Assembly (NCBI GenBank): GCA_013239625.1 | Contig: MU054132.1 | Coordinates: 124,001 to 188,000 of the forward strand | From: Lama guanicoe | Lineage: Eukaryota | Direction: 5' to 3' | Length of the DNA: 64,000 nucleotides | Part shown: positions 49,383-61,412 of the stretch, piece by piece | Numbering within the stretch: position 1 is the first letter of the stretch | How the letters are laid out: the number at the start of each line of letters is the position of its first letter | Made by a program: the position numbers and the translations under genes | Notes under the pieces: generated by a model | Database searches by the model: none | Seen by the model: the letters and a program-made list of their open reading frames with translations, nothing else | Told to the model about the DNA's origin: nothing

Positions 49383-51807
49383 GGCCAGGGTGCCAGACTC
49401 AGGCCTGTGAACCGGGCGTAGATTAGAGTGAATAGCAGTGGTGGGAGCAGGTTCAGTGCCCATCCTCCCAGGCTATGCTCAGAAGCAAGGCCCATGATCA
49501 CTGTACCTTGGAATTGAGCAATGAGCCCAGGTCAACCCAAAGGGGAGTTCCTGAACTGGTCAGTGACCCCTGCCTGCTCTCCACCTAAGTCCAGATGAGG
49601 GGAGCCTGAAGGAGTGGGAGAGAGGGCTCAGAACTGCCAAAGGAAGCATTCCTTTTTACCCCAAAAGGCAGGTGCTCTTCAAGCCTAGTTCTGGCCGGCT
49701 AATTCCTGTGCTCAAACACCCACCAAGGTTCCCAATGGCTCAGAGTGGTGCTCTGATCTAGTCCCCTCTCCACTGGATCTCTGGAATGTCAGAGGAGCCC
49801 AGCCTTTTTCTTAAGGCCATGGCTCAGGAGCCCCCATCACCTAGTAGGGCTGTGTAAGCAAGGAGAGGTCTGCGGGGAGAGGGGAATAGCCTACTGGAGC
49901 CTTGAGCATGGGCAGGAAATAAAGAGGCAGAGAGGAGGACAAAATGTGCAGGTGAAGAACTATGAAAGCAAAGTCTGATGGGCATGAAGTCCACAGTGGG
50001 CCACCAAGAGCTGCCCACGCAGCTGATGGAGGAGCCATGGAGGGCCTCAGAGTGAGGGAGTGGTGGGATCCAAAGTCAGATCTGGGGAGATGGTGCCAAG
50101 CAGTGAGAAGGTGAGGTCAGCACTGGCAGGAGACAGACCCTCCTGGCTGACCCTGCAGGATGGGTCCCACTCAAGATGTGGGGGCCGTGGGGGTGGACAG
50201 GTCTTTGGACTTTCTGCCCTGGAGAGACAGACCCTCCAAGCAGACAGGATCTCCTGGGAATGCAGCCTCCTGACTGGAGAGAGGGGTAGCAAGGGGCCTG
50301 GGTTCAAACCCAGCCCCCACAGCCAGGTTGCAGCCTCCAATCAGATACAGCCCTTTCCTATCCGACCTGGCAAGAGGTCATCTGCCCAGGTGACCAAACC
50401 ATATGCCTCGGGGTTGAGAGTTAGAGAGTCTTTTAACCCAAGACCCTCAGGTTCTGCCTCTCCCTGGCTCTGACACTCTGAGGCTCCAAGTTAGTTGACC
50501 TAGGTTGGGCTGGAGACAAAACTGAGGCAGCCAATGATGGGAAGGCGACACAGATAGACCAAAAGAGCAAATGGGAAGGGTTCTTATCCCTCCCTCCCCA
50601 CCCAGACTCAAGGACACCAATGAGCATTCTAGGTCCCTGGCAGAGCCTGCAGTTCCTAGGGAATTGGCTCTGGGGCAGAATGGGGCGGGTGCCTGAGAAT
50701 TCTGGCCAACAGCCCAAGCCCAGACATTCCTGCCCCACCTTTCCTGCTGCTGTTGCTTCAGGAGGGTGAGGCCTTGGGAGGGAGAGGCAGGAAGGGGAAG
50801 CGGCTGGACATCCAGCTGCAGCCTCTCTCTACTGGCCCCTGCAGCAGCCCCAGCCCCCTGCGGGTCTCCGGGCAGACCAGGAAAGCCAAGCCAACGGGTC
50901 AGTGGTGCAACAAGTGTAGCCTGGGCCCACTGCCTTTCACCTGTGTCTCCAGAAACCAGTGGAATGGAAAGGCCCTTTGGGAGGTGGCCTTTCCACCCTC
51001 AGCTGGCAGTCTGCTGGGGTCTGAGCTGAGAGGTGAAGACACCGGCTAAAGGTAAAGGGAGGAGGGTAAAGCCAGGATGGGAGGTGCAGACTAGGAACCA
51101 GATCAGGATGAGCTGAGAGGCCTTGAATATCAGATCCCCTACACTCACACTTACCTGGGGCTCATCCCAACCAATGCCATGCCCACGGTGCTCCTCTCCC
51201 TCTCAGGCTTCCTCCCTTTCCCCCCACGGGGCAGGCAGCTGCTCTCCTACCCCTGACCCATGGATCACACCTCAGCAGCTCCCAGACGGCCTTCTTCTGA
51301 CCCCCACCCAGCTATTCAGCCCTGGCCATGCCCCAGCTTATCCACAGCCATGCCTTAATCACCTCCTCTATGAAACGGGGTCTGACTAGACCACAGCTTT
51401 TCCAAATATTTCAGTCTTCCCTAGAAAGGATAAACTGGCAGAGAGGAGCTGCTCTAGGTATGGAGATCTGATCCTCAGCCTCCCTTAACTCTCAACGCAG
51501 CCAGGGGCCCCTCAGGATGAGTCTTACAGACCCAAACTGGCAACACTACTCTGGGACCCGTCCAGGTCTGTGGCCCCAAAGGCAGCCCTAACCCTAGGGA
51601 ACTGAGTCACATTGCCCAGAGGAAAGGTCAGAGGTTAAGCGTGGCTGGTGAGGTGGTGGGTTGGGGGGAAGACTGCAGTTGAGGCTCAACATCTGGTCTG
51701 GTGGCCCCAAGAGCCCCTGCTCCAGGCTAAGGAGTTTTGGGGCTTCATCCTGGAGGCGATGTGGAGAGTGTGAGAGCAGGGAACAGGCCAAGCATGAGTG
51801 TACCTGA

Positions 51808-51864
51808 NNNNNNNNNNNNNNNNNNNNNNNNNNNNNNNNNNNNNNNNNNNNNNNNNNNNNNNNN
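51808..51864. other. Assembly gap (57 N) flanked by a ~270-bp near-identical direct duplication
   Basis: 51534-51807 matches 51865-52132. Confidence 0.97.
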
Positions 51865-53159
51865 AAACTGGCAACTCTGGGACCCGTCCAGGTCTGTGGC
51901 CCCAAAGGCATCCCTAACCCTAGGGAACTGAGTCACATTGCCCAGAGGAAAGGTCAGAGGTTAAGCGTGGCTGGTGAGGTGGTGGGTTGGGGGAAGACTG
52001 CAGTTGAGGCTCAACATCTGGTCTGGTGGCCCCAAGAGCCCCTGCTCCAGGCTAAGGAGTTTTGGGGCTTCATCCTGGAGGCGATGTGGAGAGTGTGAGA
52101 GCAGGGAACAGGCCAAGCATGAGTGTACCTGAGTGTATATGTTGTCAGGGGAGGAGGAAGAGGTGCTGAACCTACCACAACAGGGACCCAGCAGAAGTCT
52201 CCCCCCTCAAACCCCAGTCCCACCTCCAACCCACTCCTCTCTGGTCAAGAGCATGGCCTCCTAACCCTTTTGCTCCAACCAGTTTTAAGGTTGCTTAGTA
52301 ATAGCTGCACATGATGTACTTACGGGGAAACTGAGGCCCAGGAAGGCATGAGGGGGCCCAGAGATACTAACTGTAGAGCATGTACAGAGCTCAGATCCAG
52401 GCCTCTGGCTCCCAGTCCCACCAAGGTCACTAGAGCTAGGTGGTTCAAGAAGGCTTGGCAACTCACCCGAGGGCACACAGCAAGTACGTAGGCTCTCCAG
52501 GCAGCCTTCATGTTCACCATGGGGCGGGTGAGGATAGACCAGCTAGTCTTAACGTGCCCAGGTGAGTCAGCTGCCTGTCCCTGTAGCAATCTAACCAGCA
52601 GTCAGACCTGCTCTATTTCTTGCATTCCTGGCCTCTGACCACGCTAGATCCCTCTCAGGCAGGGTCACTGAGGCCTCCCCCGCCCTTTCCAAGGCCTGGC
52701 CCCTCAGGCCCCTTGGCCACACCCTGTTATGGCACCCACTGTTATTTCCTGGTCTGGACAGGCAAGGAAGTGCTGCTTTTCCTGAGCTGTGTTTTAACCC
52801 CCTTGATCAAGCAGAAAGCTCAGTGGTAGACAGAGGAGGGAGGGGCTGTCCAAGGGAGGGGGCGCTGAGCTGTCATAGCTCACCCCTCACAGTCTCCACC
52901 TCGACCTCTCCTCTGCACCCTTCCTCTGCCCCTCCTTGACTCCAAGGCTTCTTGTCCTAGACCCCATCCCTCACCCTCCCAATCTCTCCAGTCGCATTCT
53001 TCACAGCTTTCTTTCCTTTCCCGGGTCAGGCACACGCAGTTACTCTAATTTACCAAACATGGGGTCCTGTTCCAGCCATCGGGCATTTGCCCATGCCGTT
53101 CTCACTGTAGGCAACACCAGTCGGAGTCATCTCCTCCTGGCAGTCTCTCAGGCTGGGTG

Positions 53160-53725
53160 AGGCCCCGCGGGGTCGCCCTACGGCCCAGGCCAAGTCCTTA
53201 GGCACTACCTTCGTGCCAGGCACGGCTCTGGGGCTGGGCGGGGGGGTTGGGGGAGCTGTCCCTGCGCTGCCCCTAAAGCCGAGCTGGGTGACCGCGGGGC
53301 GGGGAGGACGAAGCTGAACCCCGCTGGGACAGAGGGGCCTTCGGACAAATTCAGACGGCTCTGGGTGTGAGTGCCGCCGGGGACCGAGGAGTCGTGGAGA
53401 GCCGGCTACACGGCGGCCCGGGGGGGCACCGAGGCGACAGTCCCACCTGCAGCGAGGAAAGCGGGGGCAAAGGAGCCCGTCCCCAGACGCGCGACGTCCA
53501 CCGCGCCCTTACCTGTGCGGTGCGGGGCCCCGCGCCGGGAGTGCCGCCCCGGGCGCTCGCTCGCGGACGCAGCCCCGCCTGGGGGTGTCGCTCGGGGTGG
53601 GAGGCTTGGGGCCCGCCTAGGAGGGGGCGGGAAGTGGCGTCCGTCCGCCCCGCGCACGAGGTTTCTCCTGCGGTCTCCGTCTGGCGTCCTCCAGGATCCC
53701 TACGCTCCTGCGACCCAGTGTCGGT
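53160..53725. promoter_or_regulatory. CpG island / ALS2CL promoter
   Basis: Dense CpG; GC boxes (ccccgcc ~53573, gggggcggg ~53623); ETS-like cgggaagt ~53628. Confidence 0.8.
53513..53575 (-). other. ALS2CL: ALS2CL non-coding exon 1 (TSS approximate)
   Basis: Strong donor CAG|GTAAGG (plus strand ccttac 53507-53512) inside a CpG island, just downstream of GC boxes. Confidence 0.7.
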
Positions 53726-53784
53726 GGGGAAAGGAGAGGAAAGGGAGCTTGAGCTCCCCATCCCCCGCTCTCCCACCCTCCCCG

Positions 53785-53785
<1 letters not shown>

Positions 53786-53859
<74 letters not shown>
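53786..53859. repeat. (CA)n microsatellite with one interruption, just upstream of the ALS2CL promoter
   Basis: Seen directly. Confidence 0.97.
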
Positions 53860-53862
<3 letters not shown>

Positions 53863-56404
53863 TACGCCCAGGAGAGAAGGGCCATGTCTGGGAGGCGACC
53901 TCGGTTTCCCTGTCCCAGCTCCCTCGCGCCCCTACCCCCATTCTGACGTTCTGCCTGCCTGGGTGCAACCCTATGACCTCCTCGACCCCCACCAGTCACA
54001 AGAGTCCAGCAGAAGAGGAGCGCCGGGTAGGGTGGTGAAACCTGTGGCCAAAAGTGGCCGAGGCTGCCCCCGTGGGCCTGGCGTCCGCAGTCAGCCGCCA
54101 CTCCTGCCTGAATGACCTTGGGGAAGTCCCCTGCTCCCACTCCTGAGTCTCAACATGGTCCCATGGAGCGTGAAGCCAGCGGTTGTCTGTGCCAGGGCCT
54201 GCGACCTTGGAAAAAGGTGGCGGGAGTCTAGTCCCTGCGGACCTCCCAGGAAGGGGAGGGGCCATGGTTCAAGCCTATAACAAAGGAGCCAGCTGTTAGC
54301 CGGCGGGTCCCCCATCACTTTGCTCCCGCATGCAGGTTCCAGGGGATGACCAGCTTCAGTGCCCCTTTCACAGAACAACACTGAGGCCAAGAGGCCCCGT
54401 CCAGAGACTGGCAATGGAAGAGAAAGAAGGGTGGCCCACCAAAATTCAAGTCTGAGGCGCTGGGAGGCATGCCCCATTCTGCCAAGCTGAAGAGAGATCC
54501 CCAGTGGAGGGGTGTACATGGAGGGTGTGAAGGGTCTCCTGGCATATGAGCAGGGTATTGGAGGGTTTGTGGATCCCCTGGCTCATGGAGGTGGGCAGGC
54601 AAAAGGTCTCTGGGGCTTGGGAGGAAAAGTCAAGGGCTGGCCACATGTGTAGAGAGCAAGTTTGTCCAGGAACGTGTGTTCTCACCATGGGTGATAAATG
54701 GGACAGGGAGGCCAGGCCCTGAGAAGGAGGGATCCCATTTTGTGCTGGGTGTCTCTGGGCCAGCCCTTTCCCATCTCTGGGCCTTAGTTTCCTCCTCTGT
54801 ACCTGCAGCCCAGGAAGGCAGTGCTGCCTGGACTCCAGCATGAAGGGAAAGGCCTTGTTGGCTTCCTCCCCAGAGCCCAGATTTCCTGTTCAACCATATA
54901 TAGGGGAATTGGAGGGCTAGGGACAAGTCTTCCCTCACCCATTCTGTACTCACCAGGTGACATCACAGTCACTGCCAAGTCCAGTTTCACTATCTACCAG
55001 ATGGCCCAGACTCTCTCCCAGCATCACTGGTAATTTGTTATGCCTAAAAGAGTGCCTCCACTGGGTCCACCTGCCCTTGGCCCCTTGCAGCGCAGCCCAG
55101 GGCCCTTGCCCAGTCCTATGACAGATGTGCACCTCTCCCACATCCCCCACACACATATACAATTCCACAGTCACGAGAATGTGGTGGTGTGTACGCTCAC
55201 CTGTGCCACAGGGACCCATCTGTTATTGAACCCACTGGCAGAGCCTCCACGTTGCACAACTTGGGTGGCAGCCCTGTACATGTGTGCAGCTTCACAGACT
55301 CACACACTCCTGCCTGGAATACAAACCAAGACTCACATCTAGACACGCACAAAGGCAGAGTGCACATGCACTCCCTTGCACTCCAGTGCCCTGGGATACA
55401 AACATATGCTTATGCACACACAGGTCTCATCCAGGCCTGGCCCATCCCCAGAGCTATTCTGGGCCAGGCCCGAGCCCAACAAGATCAGAGACTGCCAACT
55501 CCCAGCAGGCCCCAGCCACTGTGTCACAGGCCTAGACTGCCCAGCCCCCACCCCCAGTCCAGGCTAAGTCCAAGATGCACCAGATCCCAGCCTGGCTCTG
55601 AGACTAGGGGGATCCTTGCTCCCTATCCCCTGCTTCCCCAGAGCTGAATCTTGAGCCCTAGGGTTTCAGGCTCCAGAAGAGAATGTCCAGGGGGGTCTCC
55701 TGGCCACTGCCAAACTCTACCCACACCTTCCAAGCCAGAGGCTGTGGAGGCTGGACTAGATCCCTACAGGAAACCCATAGGAGCTAAAAATATTACACAA
55801 GGGACAAACAGCATTCTGCAGGCCAGCATTCATGCCACCATACATGGAGGAGACACTGTCTTCCAGGAGAACCAGGCTGGAGAGCTTGACGCTCCTGAGC
55901 TCTGCCACCCTAGAAATGATGGGCCCAACTCAGGGTTGGGGTGCAGGGATATATGGAGACCCTCATAAGAAGTAGAAACTGTACTGGAAGGTGAGAAGAG
56001 CCCTGGGTTAAAAGCTGAAAGCTGAGTTTGAGGCCCCATTTCCTGAGTGACCTTAGGCAGGGCACACCCCCTCTCTGGGCCTCAATTCTTCACAAGTAAA
56101 CAGGGGAGAGGAATAAAAAGATGGAAAAGGCTTTAACTTTCAGGATGTTCTCTCACGGTGGTGTTTAACATCGGAGAAATGGAAATATGAAAATGTTCAA
56201 GACTAGGGCACTGATTGAACAAGGTACAGTTGGCTTTTACAGAGTGTAATTTCACACTGCCTTTAATAATGACAGCAATAATCCTAACGACTCACATTTA
56301 CTGAAGGCTGATGCCATGATACTGCAGTTACATCCATTTTACAGATGAGGCATTAAAGCTTGGAGCAGTTAAGTAGCCCACAGAGGGGTCACAGCTGTCA
56401 ATAT

Positions 56405-56722
56405 GATCATATCCAGAAGTCTTAGATTTAAGCTTGAATAATTTCAGAAGTTATAAAGTATAAAGCTACAAATTTATGAGAAACAGAATTTGAAAATTTC
56501 ATTGCTTATATTTTCTTTATGCTAATTTCATTTTGTGAATTTTGGATAACTAATTTTTTTGTGTCAAGTTTTGCCATCTTCAGAGGGCAAAAAAGGAAAT
56601 TTAAATAATTAAACTTTTAATTGTGTTTCTTATAAGTTTGTAGCTTTATACTTCTGAGGTTATTAAATAAAAAACTGAGGTTATTAAAGCTTAAAACTGC
56701 ACTAAGCCTTGCAGGCCATCTT
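56405..56722. mobile_element. AT-rich palindromic MITE-like element (probably Tc1/mariner-derived)
   Basis: Left arm 56427-56499 is the approximate reverse complement of 56611-56695. Confidence 0.65.
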
Positions 56723-57689
56723 GTTATTTTAAGTCAGTTTGACTCCAAAGCCAGTATTTGATTCCAAACCTACAAAACTCTGGATCTGCAGGGTCCCCAG
56801 TTCTGAGGGTGGGCCCAAGACCCAAAGCATCCCAGCCTATGCAGGTCTCCACTGGTGCTTTTGGTGATGAGGAATGCAGGGGTCCAACGCTGGGCTGCTT
56901 CTGCAGCATTCAGCAGGCAGGAGATTAATAATAATGGAAGGAAGGAAAGGAGAGAGGGGAGGATGGACCAGAACAGTCCCCCTACCCAAGGCCTCCCTAT
57001 TCCTCTTCCAAAGTCCTCCCCAGGTCTCTTCAGCTCCTCAGATCTTCCTTCAATCCCTGGGTTGTCAGGGCTCACTCTGAGATTAGGACCAGAGTGCAAT
57101 GTGGGCCGGGTTCAGTGTGAGGTCAGAGTTAAGGCTCAGACTGGAGTGAGAGTCAGAGCTCAGGCTGGGGCAGAGGCTGAGGATCAGCCAGAATCAGAAT
57201 ATGGTCCTTCAGCCCTTCCCCGGGGAGCTCACACTGTCCTTTGGGGCCATAGATGCTGGCTCCTTCAGGAAGCTTCCATAGCACCTGCAGCTGGCTGCTC
57301 TGACCATACCATCCCCTGCTCGCCATCCCCCTACTCCTCTGCTGTGGTGTCCAGGGTGACCAGAGCTGCCTCTGGGCAGGAAGCCAGCCCAGAAAGCCCA
57401 GGACATCCCTGAGTGACTGTCACCATAGCAACCTGCCTGCCTCCCTTCTCACCCACCCCAACATGGGTCCAGTACTGGTTTTTCTAATTCAGAACGTCAG
57501 AATGGGAAGGGCCTCCCGGATCAGCAGATTCCAGCCCCTCCCCTTGTCCCAATGGATAAACAGAGACCCGAGTTGGGAAAGGAGGATGGGACCTGTTGTT
57601 TGAGGACCTGACCCCAAACTGTCCTCCCACCCACTCCCACCAGTGTTGGTCTTGGTCGAGTTAGAGGTGGGGGTGGGGGCAGTCTGGAG

Positions 57690-58090
57690 TCTGATCTCCC
57701 GACGGGGGCGGGATCTCCACCCGCAGAGATGCGGGAGGCGGGCAGCAACAGGAACCAGACACCTACGATGAATAAATGATGCCCACTCGCAGCCTGCGAC
57801 CAGATCGCCACCGCCGAGCGCCGGCTGCCCAGGGAGCAGTCACCGGGCCAACGCGGCCCGGCCAGTATCCCTCGGCTCCCCCGACCTGTGGCCGAGCCCG
57901 AGCGGCGCTGCGGGCACGAAGATGGCGGGGCAGCTCTGGGCGCTGGGCGGCGCCGCGCTGGGGGTCTGCCTCAAGGCAGTCGCCGGGCAGCTGGTGGAGG
58001 TGAGGCGGGGCGGCGCGGAGGGGCTCGGGGTGGCTGTCACCATCCAGACAGAAGGTTGGGGGCGCCTTTCTGACCGGGAGCTGGCGTTTC
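57690..58090. promoter_or_regulatory. CpG island / TMIE promoter
   Basis: Dense CpG; GC box gggggcgg ~57704. Confidence 0.8.
57922..57999 (+). CDS. TMIE: TMIE coding exon 1
   Basis: aagATGG Kozak; MAGQLWALGGAALGVCLKAVAGQLVE; donor GAG|GTGAGG; lies in a CpG island. Confidence 0.92.
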
Positions 58091-61000
58091 CCTTCCTCTT
58101 GCCTTAGGAGACCTGTTTAAATGGAGACACAGCCCTGTCCCAAGCCCTTCCAGGCTGTGGGAGAGACTCAGCCCCCAATCTTAGTGTCCCTGGTCTGATG
58201 GAAGGGCACAGCCCCTGATTTCAGGAACATTAGTTTGATAGGAGACTTACCCTGACCTTAGGGATTCCCAGTCTGATTGGGGATACAGCTTGGCCCAGCC
58301 TAATGGCAGACACTTTGCCCCTATCCTTTAGTTTTTGGTTTAGTGGAATCAGAAGGTGGGGGCGGTGGGGAGTGGTGCTGCATAGTGCCTTGGCTTCAGT
58401 GACCCCTAATCTGATAGGCGAGATCTAGTCATTGACCTTAGAATCTGCTGGAGGAAACAGCATCTGCTCCAGAGATCCTCCAGGGTCCCCTGGCTAATAG
58501 GGGAGAGACAGCCTTGGGAAGGAGGTGAGCGTTTGTGCTTTCCAGGCAGGAGGATGAGAATACCCTTTATAGAGCAGCCGCGTGTTGAGTTTGATTACAT
58601 GGGGTGCACTAGGCCCTGGAGATGAGGGGCAGGAAATGCAGGGCCCAGGGACTCAAGGGTCTTAACTTGGTCCTGGTGACAGCTGGGAGCTAGCAAATGT
58701 TTATGAGCAGGGAAGAGTCATGATGAGTCTTGGTTTGGAAGGAGGAGAATTAGTTGGAAGAGGACGCATAGTTGGGAGAACTGGGAGGAGCTGCTGAGAC
58801 AGCCCAGGAAGAGGTAAGGAGGATGGCTGGGGGTTGGCCAGGAGGCTGACTGGGGCCAGGAAGGGAAGGGTGGGGGCCACCTGCAGGACCAGGGAGGAGT
58901 AGGGCTGGAGCCTGTGTAGGCAGGGGCAGAGTGGAGAAAGCAGAGAAACAAGTGTAAGAGATGGCAAAGTGCTCAGGAGAGCCCTCGAGGTGCTGGGGGA
59001 CAGAATGGGAGAGGGAGAACAGGGCCTTATCCTTGGGGTGTGAGGGGACAAAGCCTTGAACTAAAGGGTCTAAGGGACATGGGGACAGAGTCCTGCACCC
59101 TCCATGCTAGCCTGCCTCTGCTGCTGACCAGGGGGCGTGATCAAAAGGCTGAGCTGGAGTCAGATGTCAGCTCGGGTCCCTGTAAGGAGAGCCAGGCTGG
59201 CTTCAGCCCCATGCAGTGTACTTGGGCCCCTCACCGACTGCCCTGAGGCCTTAGGTGCAGAAACTGAGCTGGTCGGGGTGCAGGAGAAGGCTGAGGGTGG
59301 GTATCTAATCAGTTATGAGCCAAGGACTCTTCCCCCAGTCCCTCAGGAGCACACCTTCTCCCAGTTTATCAAGGGAAATTGCATTTGGATTCTATCTGCC
59401 TGCCATCTGCCTACAGTCTGAGCAAGGGCCTGGCTGAGCCTGGGGGATCCAGGGAAGCACTAGAAAGATGGGCAGGGTGGGGTCCATGACACCACCTACC
59501 CAGCCCCTACAGGCATCATCTTCCATCAGCCTGTGAGGCTCTGATGCAGGCTGGGCCTCCAAGCTTCGGAGTCCAGACCCCTAGCAGTACTCACTACAAG
59601 GAGATGCCCGACTGTTACCTGTTACCCTCTACCCAAGACCCCTTTGGGGATGTCTTGAACAAAGCTGGAACAAAAATGTGTCAGAAGTGAGCTCTTGGCT
59701 GCCCAGGCTCTGAATCTGAGATATTTACTCTGGCCTTGGAGTCTTCTAGTCATACAACTCCGCTGGGCCAACTCACTGAGCCTTACAATCAGGGAACCCT
59801 GCCACTACCCAGACCTTGGTCCTGACTCTACAGACATGTGCCAACCATATGCATGTGTGCCCCAACCATGCATGTGCCCTGTACCAACAGTGCCCAACCC
59901 CAGCCCCATGTGTGTGCCCCAGCCCCCTCCCATCTGCCCTGAACCCACACGTGTGCTGGACCCCATATACATGTGTCTGACCTCACAAATGGATCCAGGC
60001 CCCAGAGATGATGCTGAGGAGGAGAGTCTTCTTATCAATTTTACCACTTAGACAGGGTAGAGCTTCCCAGAGACCCCTGGAACCACCTCAATCATGTTAC
60101 AGATGGAGAAACCAAGGCCTAGAGAAAAGAAGGCTCCCACCCCAGTCCACCTTGGTTAAGAGAAAAGAACCAGGGAATCACATACCAATCCTGGGGACAC
60201 AGATCCTCTGGGTTACCTAGGACAGGCTGCTGATCCTCTCCAAGCATCCCCAAAACATGCTAAAGGGTGGTGCTCATCTGATGACGAAGTATCTGGCTTT
60301 TGGTAGGTGCCCCATCCATGCTTATGGACCAGGGAAAGACTGGACAGGTGGTTGAGCTGTGGGTTGCCTTTCCTTCCCACAGAGCTGGAAGAGATTCTTC
60401 ATGTCTGTCCTTATTTGGTTAATCAGGGGACAACTCATTGCACAGATGCCCCAGGGTCCTCTCTCCCTCCAAGTACTAATCCCCATCCACACCCCTCAGC
60501 CAAACCTGGTGAAAGAGATAGGGTCATATCCCTCTCAGCCCCGCAGGTCAGGAACAGGTCTTGCTCAGACCCACCACAGCAGAGCCATGTCCACTCAGAC
60601 CCCCAGAACAGGGTAACGTGTCCCACTGGGAAGGTGGGAAGTGGCTCACGGCGCTCTACTTTTCTCCAGCCATGCTTACAACTTTTGGCCTCCAGGTGTC
60701 GCTAATGCATTTCGGACAAATTATTTAGCTAGTCCTGTCCCGTAAGGAATCTGGCCTAGCCTTCTGGTCAGAGGAGGTGACTCAAGTAGGACAGGCAACT
60801 ACTGAGGCCACCTGGCGGGGGGTCCTGGTCAAGTAACAGTCACAGGGCCCTGGCTCTAGCTCCACACCTCACCCCACTGGGGGTGTGTGAGAGCAAAGTC
60901 CCCCAGGATAGTACAAGCCTTGCCTTGTCTCTGGCCTTGGTCCTGAGACCCCATCTGCCTGTGTGGGGCCCAGGACTGGAGAGGAAAGGAGGGGACTTGA

Positions 61001-61244
61001 ACTTGATCGAGACAGACCATTCATGTTTGCCCCTTGGGGCCTTGGTTTCTTCCAAACATCAGCCACCCTTGTACTCTAAGTTCCTGGCTCCATGGTTCTG
61101 GGCCCTGCCCTCTTCTCTTGTTCTAAATCTGGAACTTCCCAAAGTTTGGGGCATTGGTTATGAATGTCTAAGTCACTTGATTCTAGGAGATTCTGAAATG
61201 CTTTTCCTTGTTGAGACCTGGGTCCCTCTCGGCCTCGGTCCTAG

Positions 61245-61412
<168 letters not shown>

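Noticed and set aside
53351..54038. Overlapping 190-220 aa ORFs on both strands
   Set aside because: Artefact of the CpG island plus (CA)n repeat, giving HTHT/VCVC runs.
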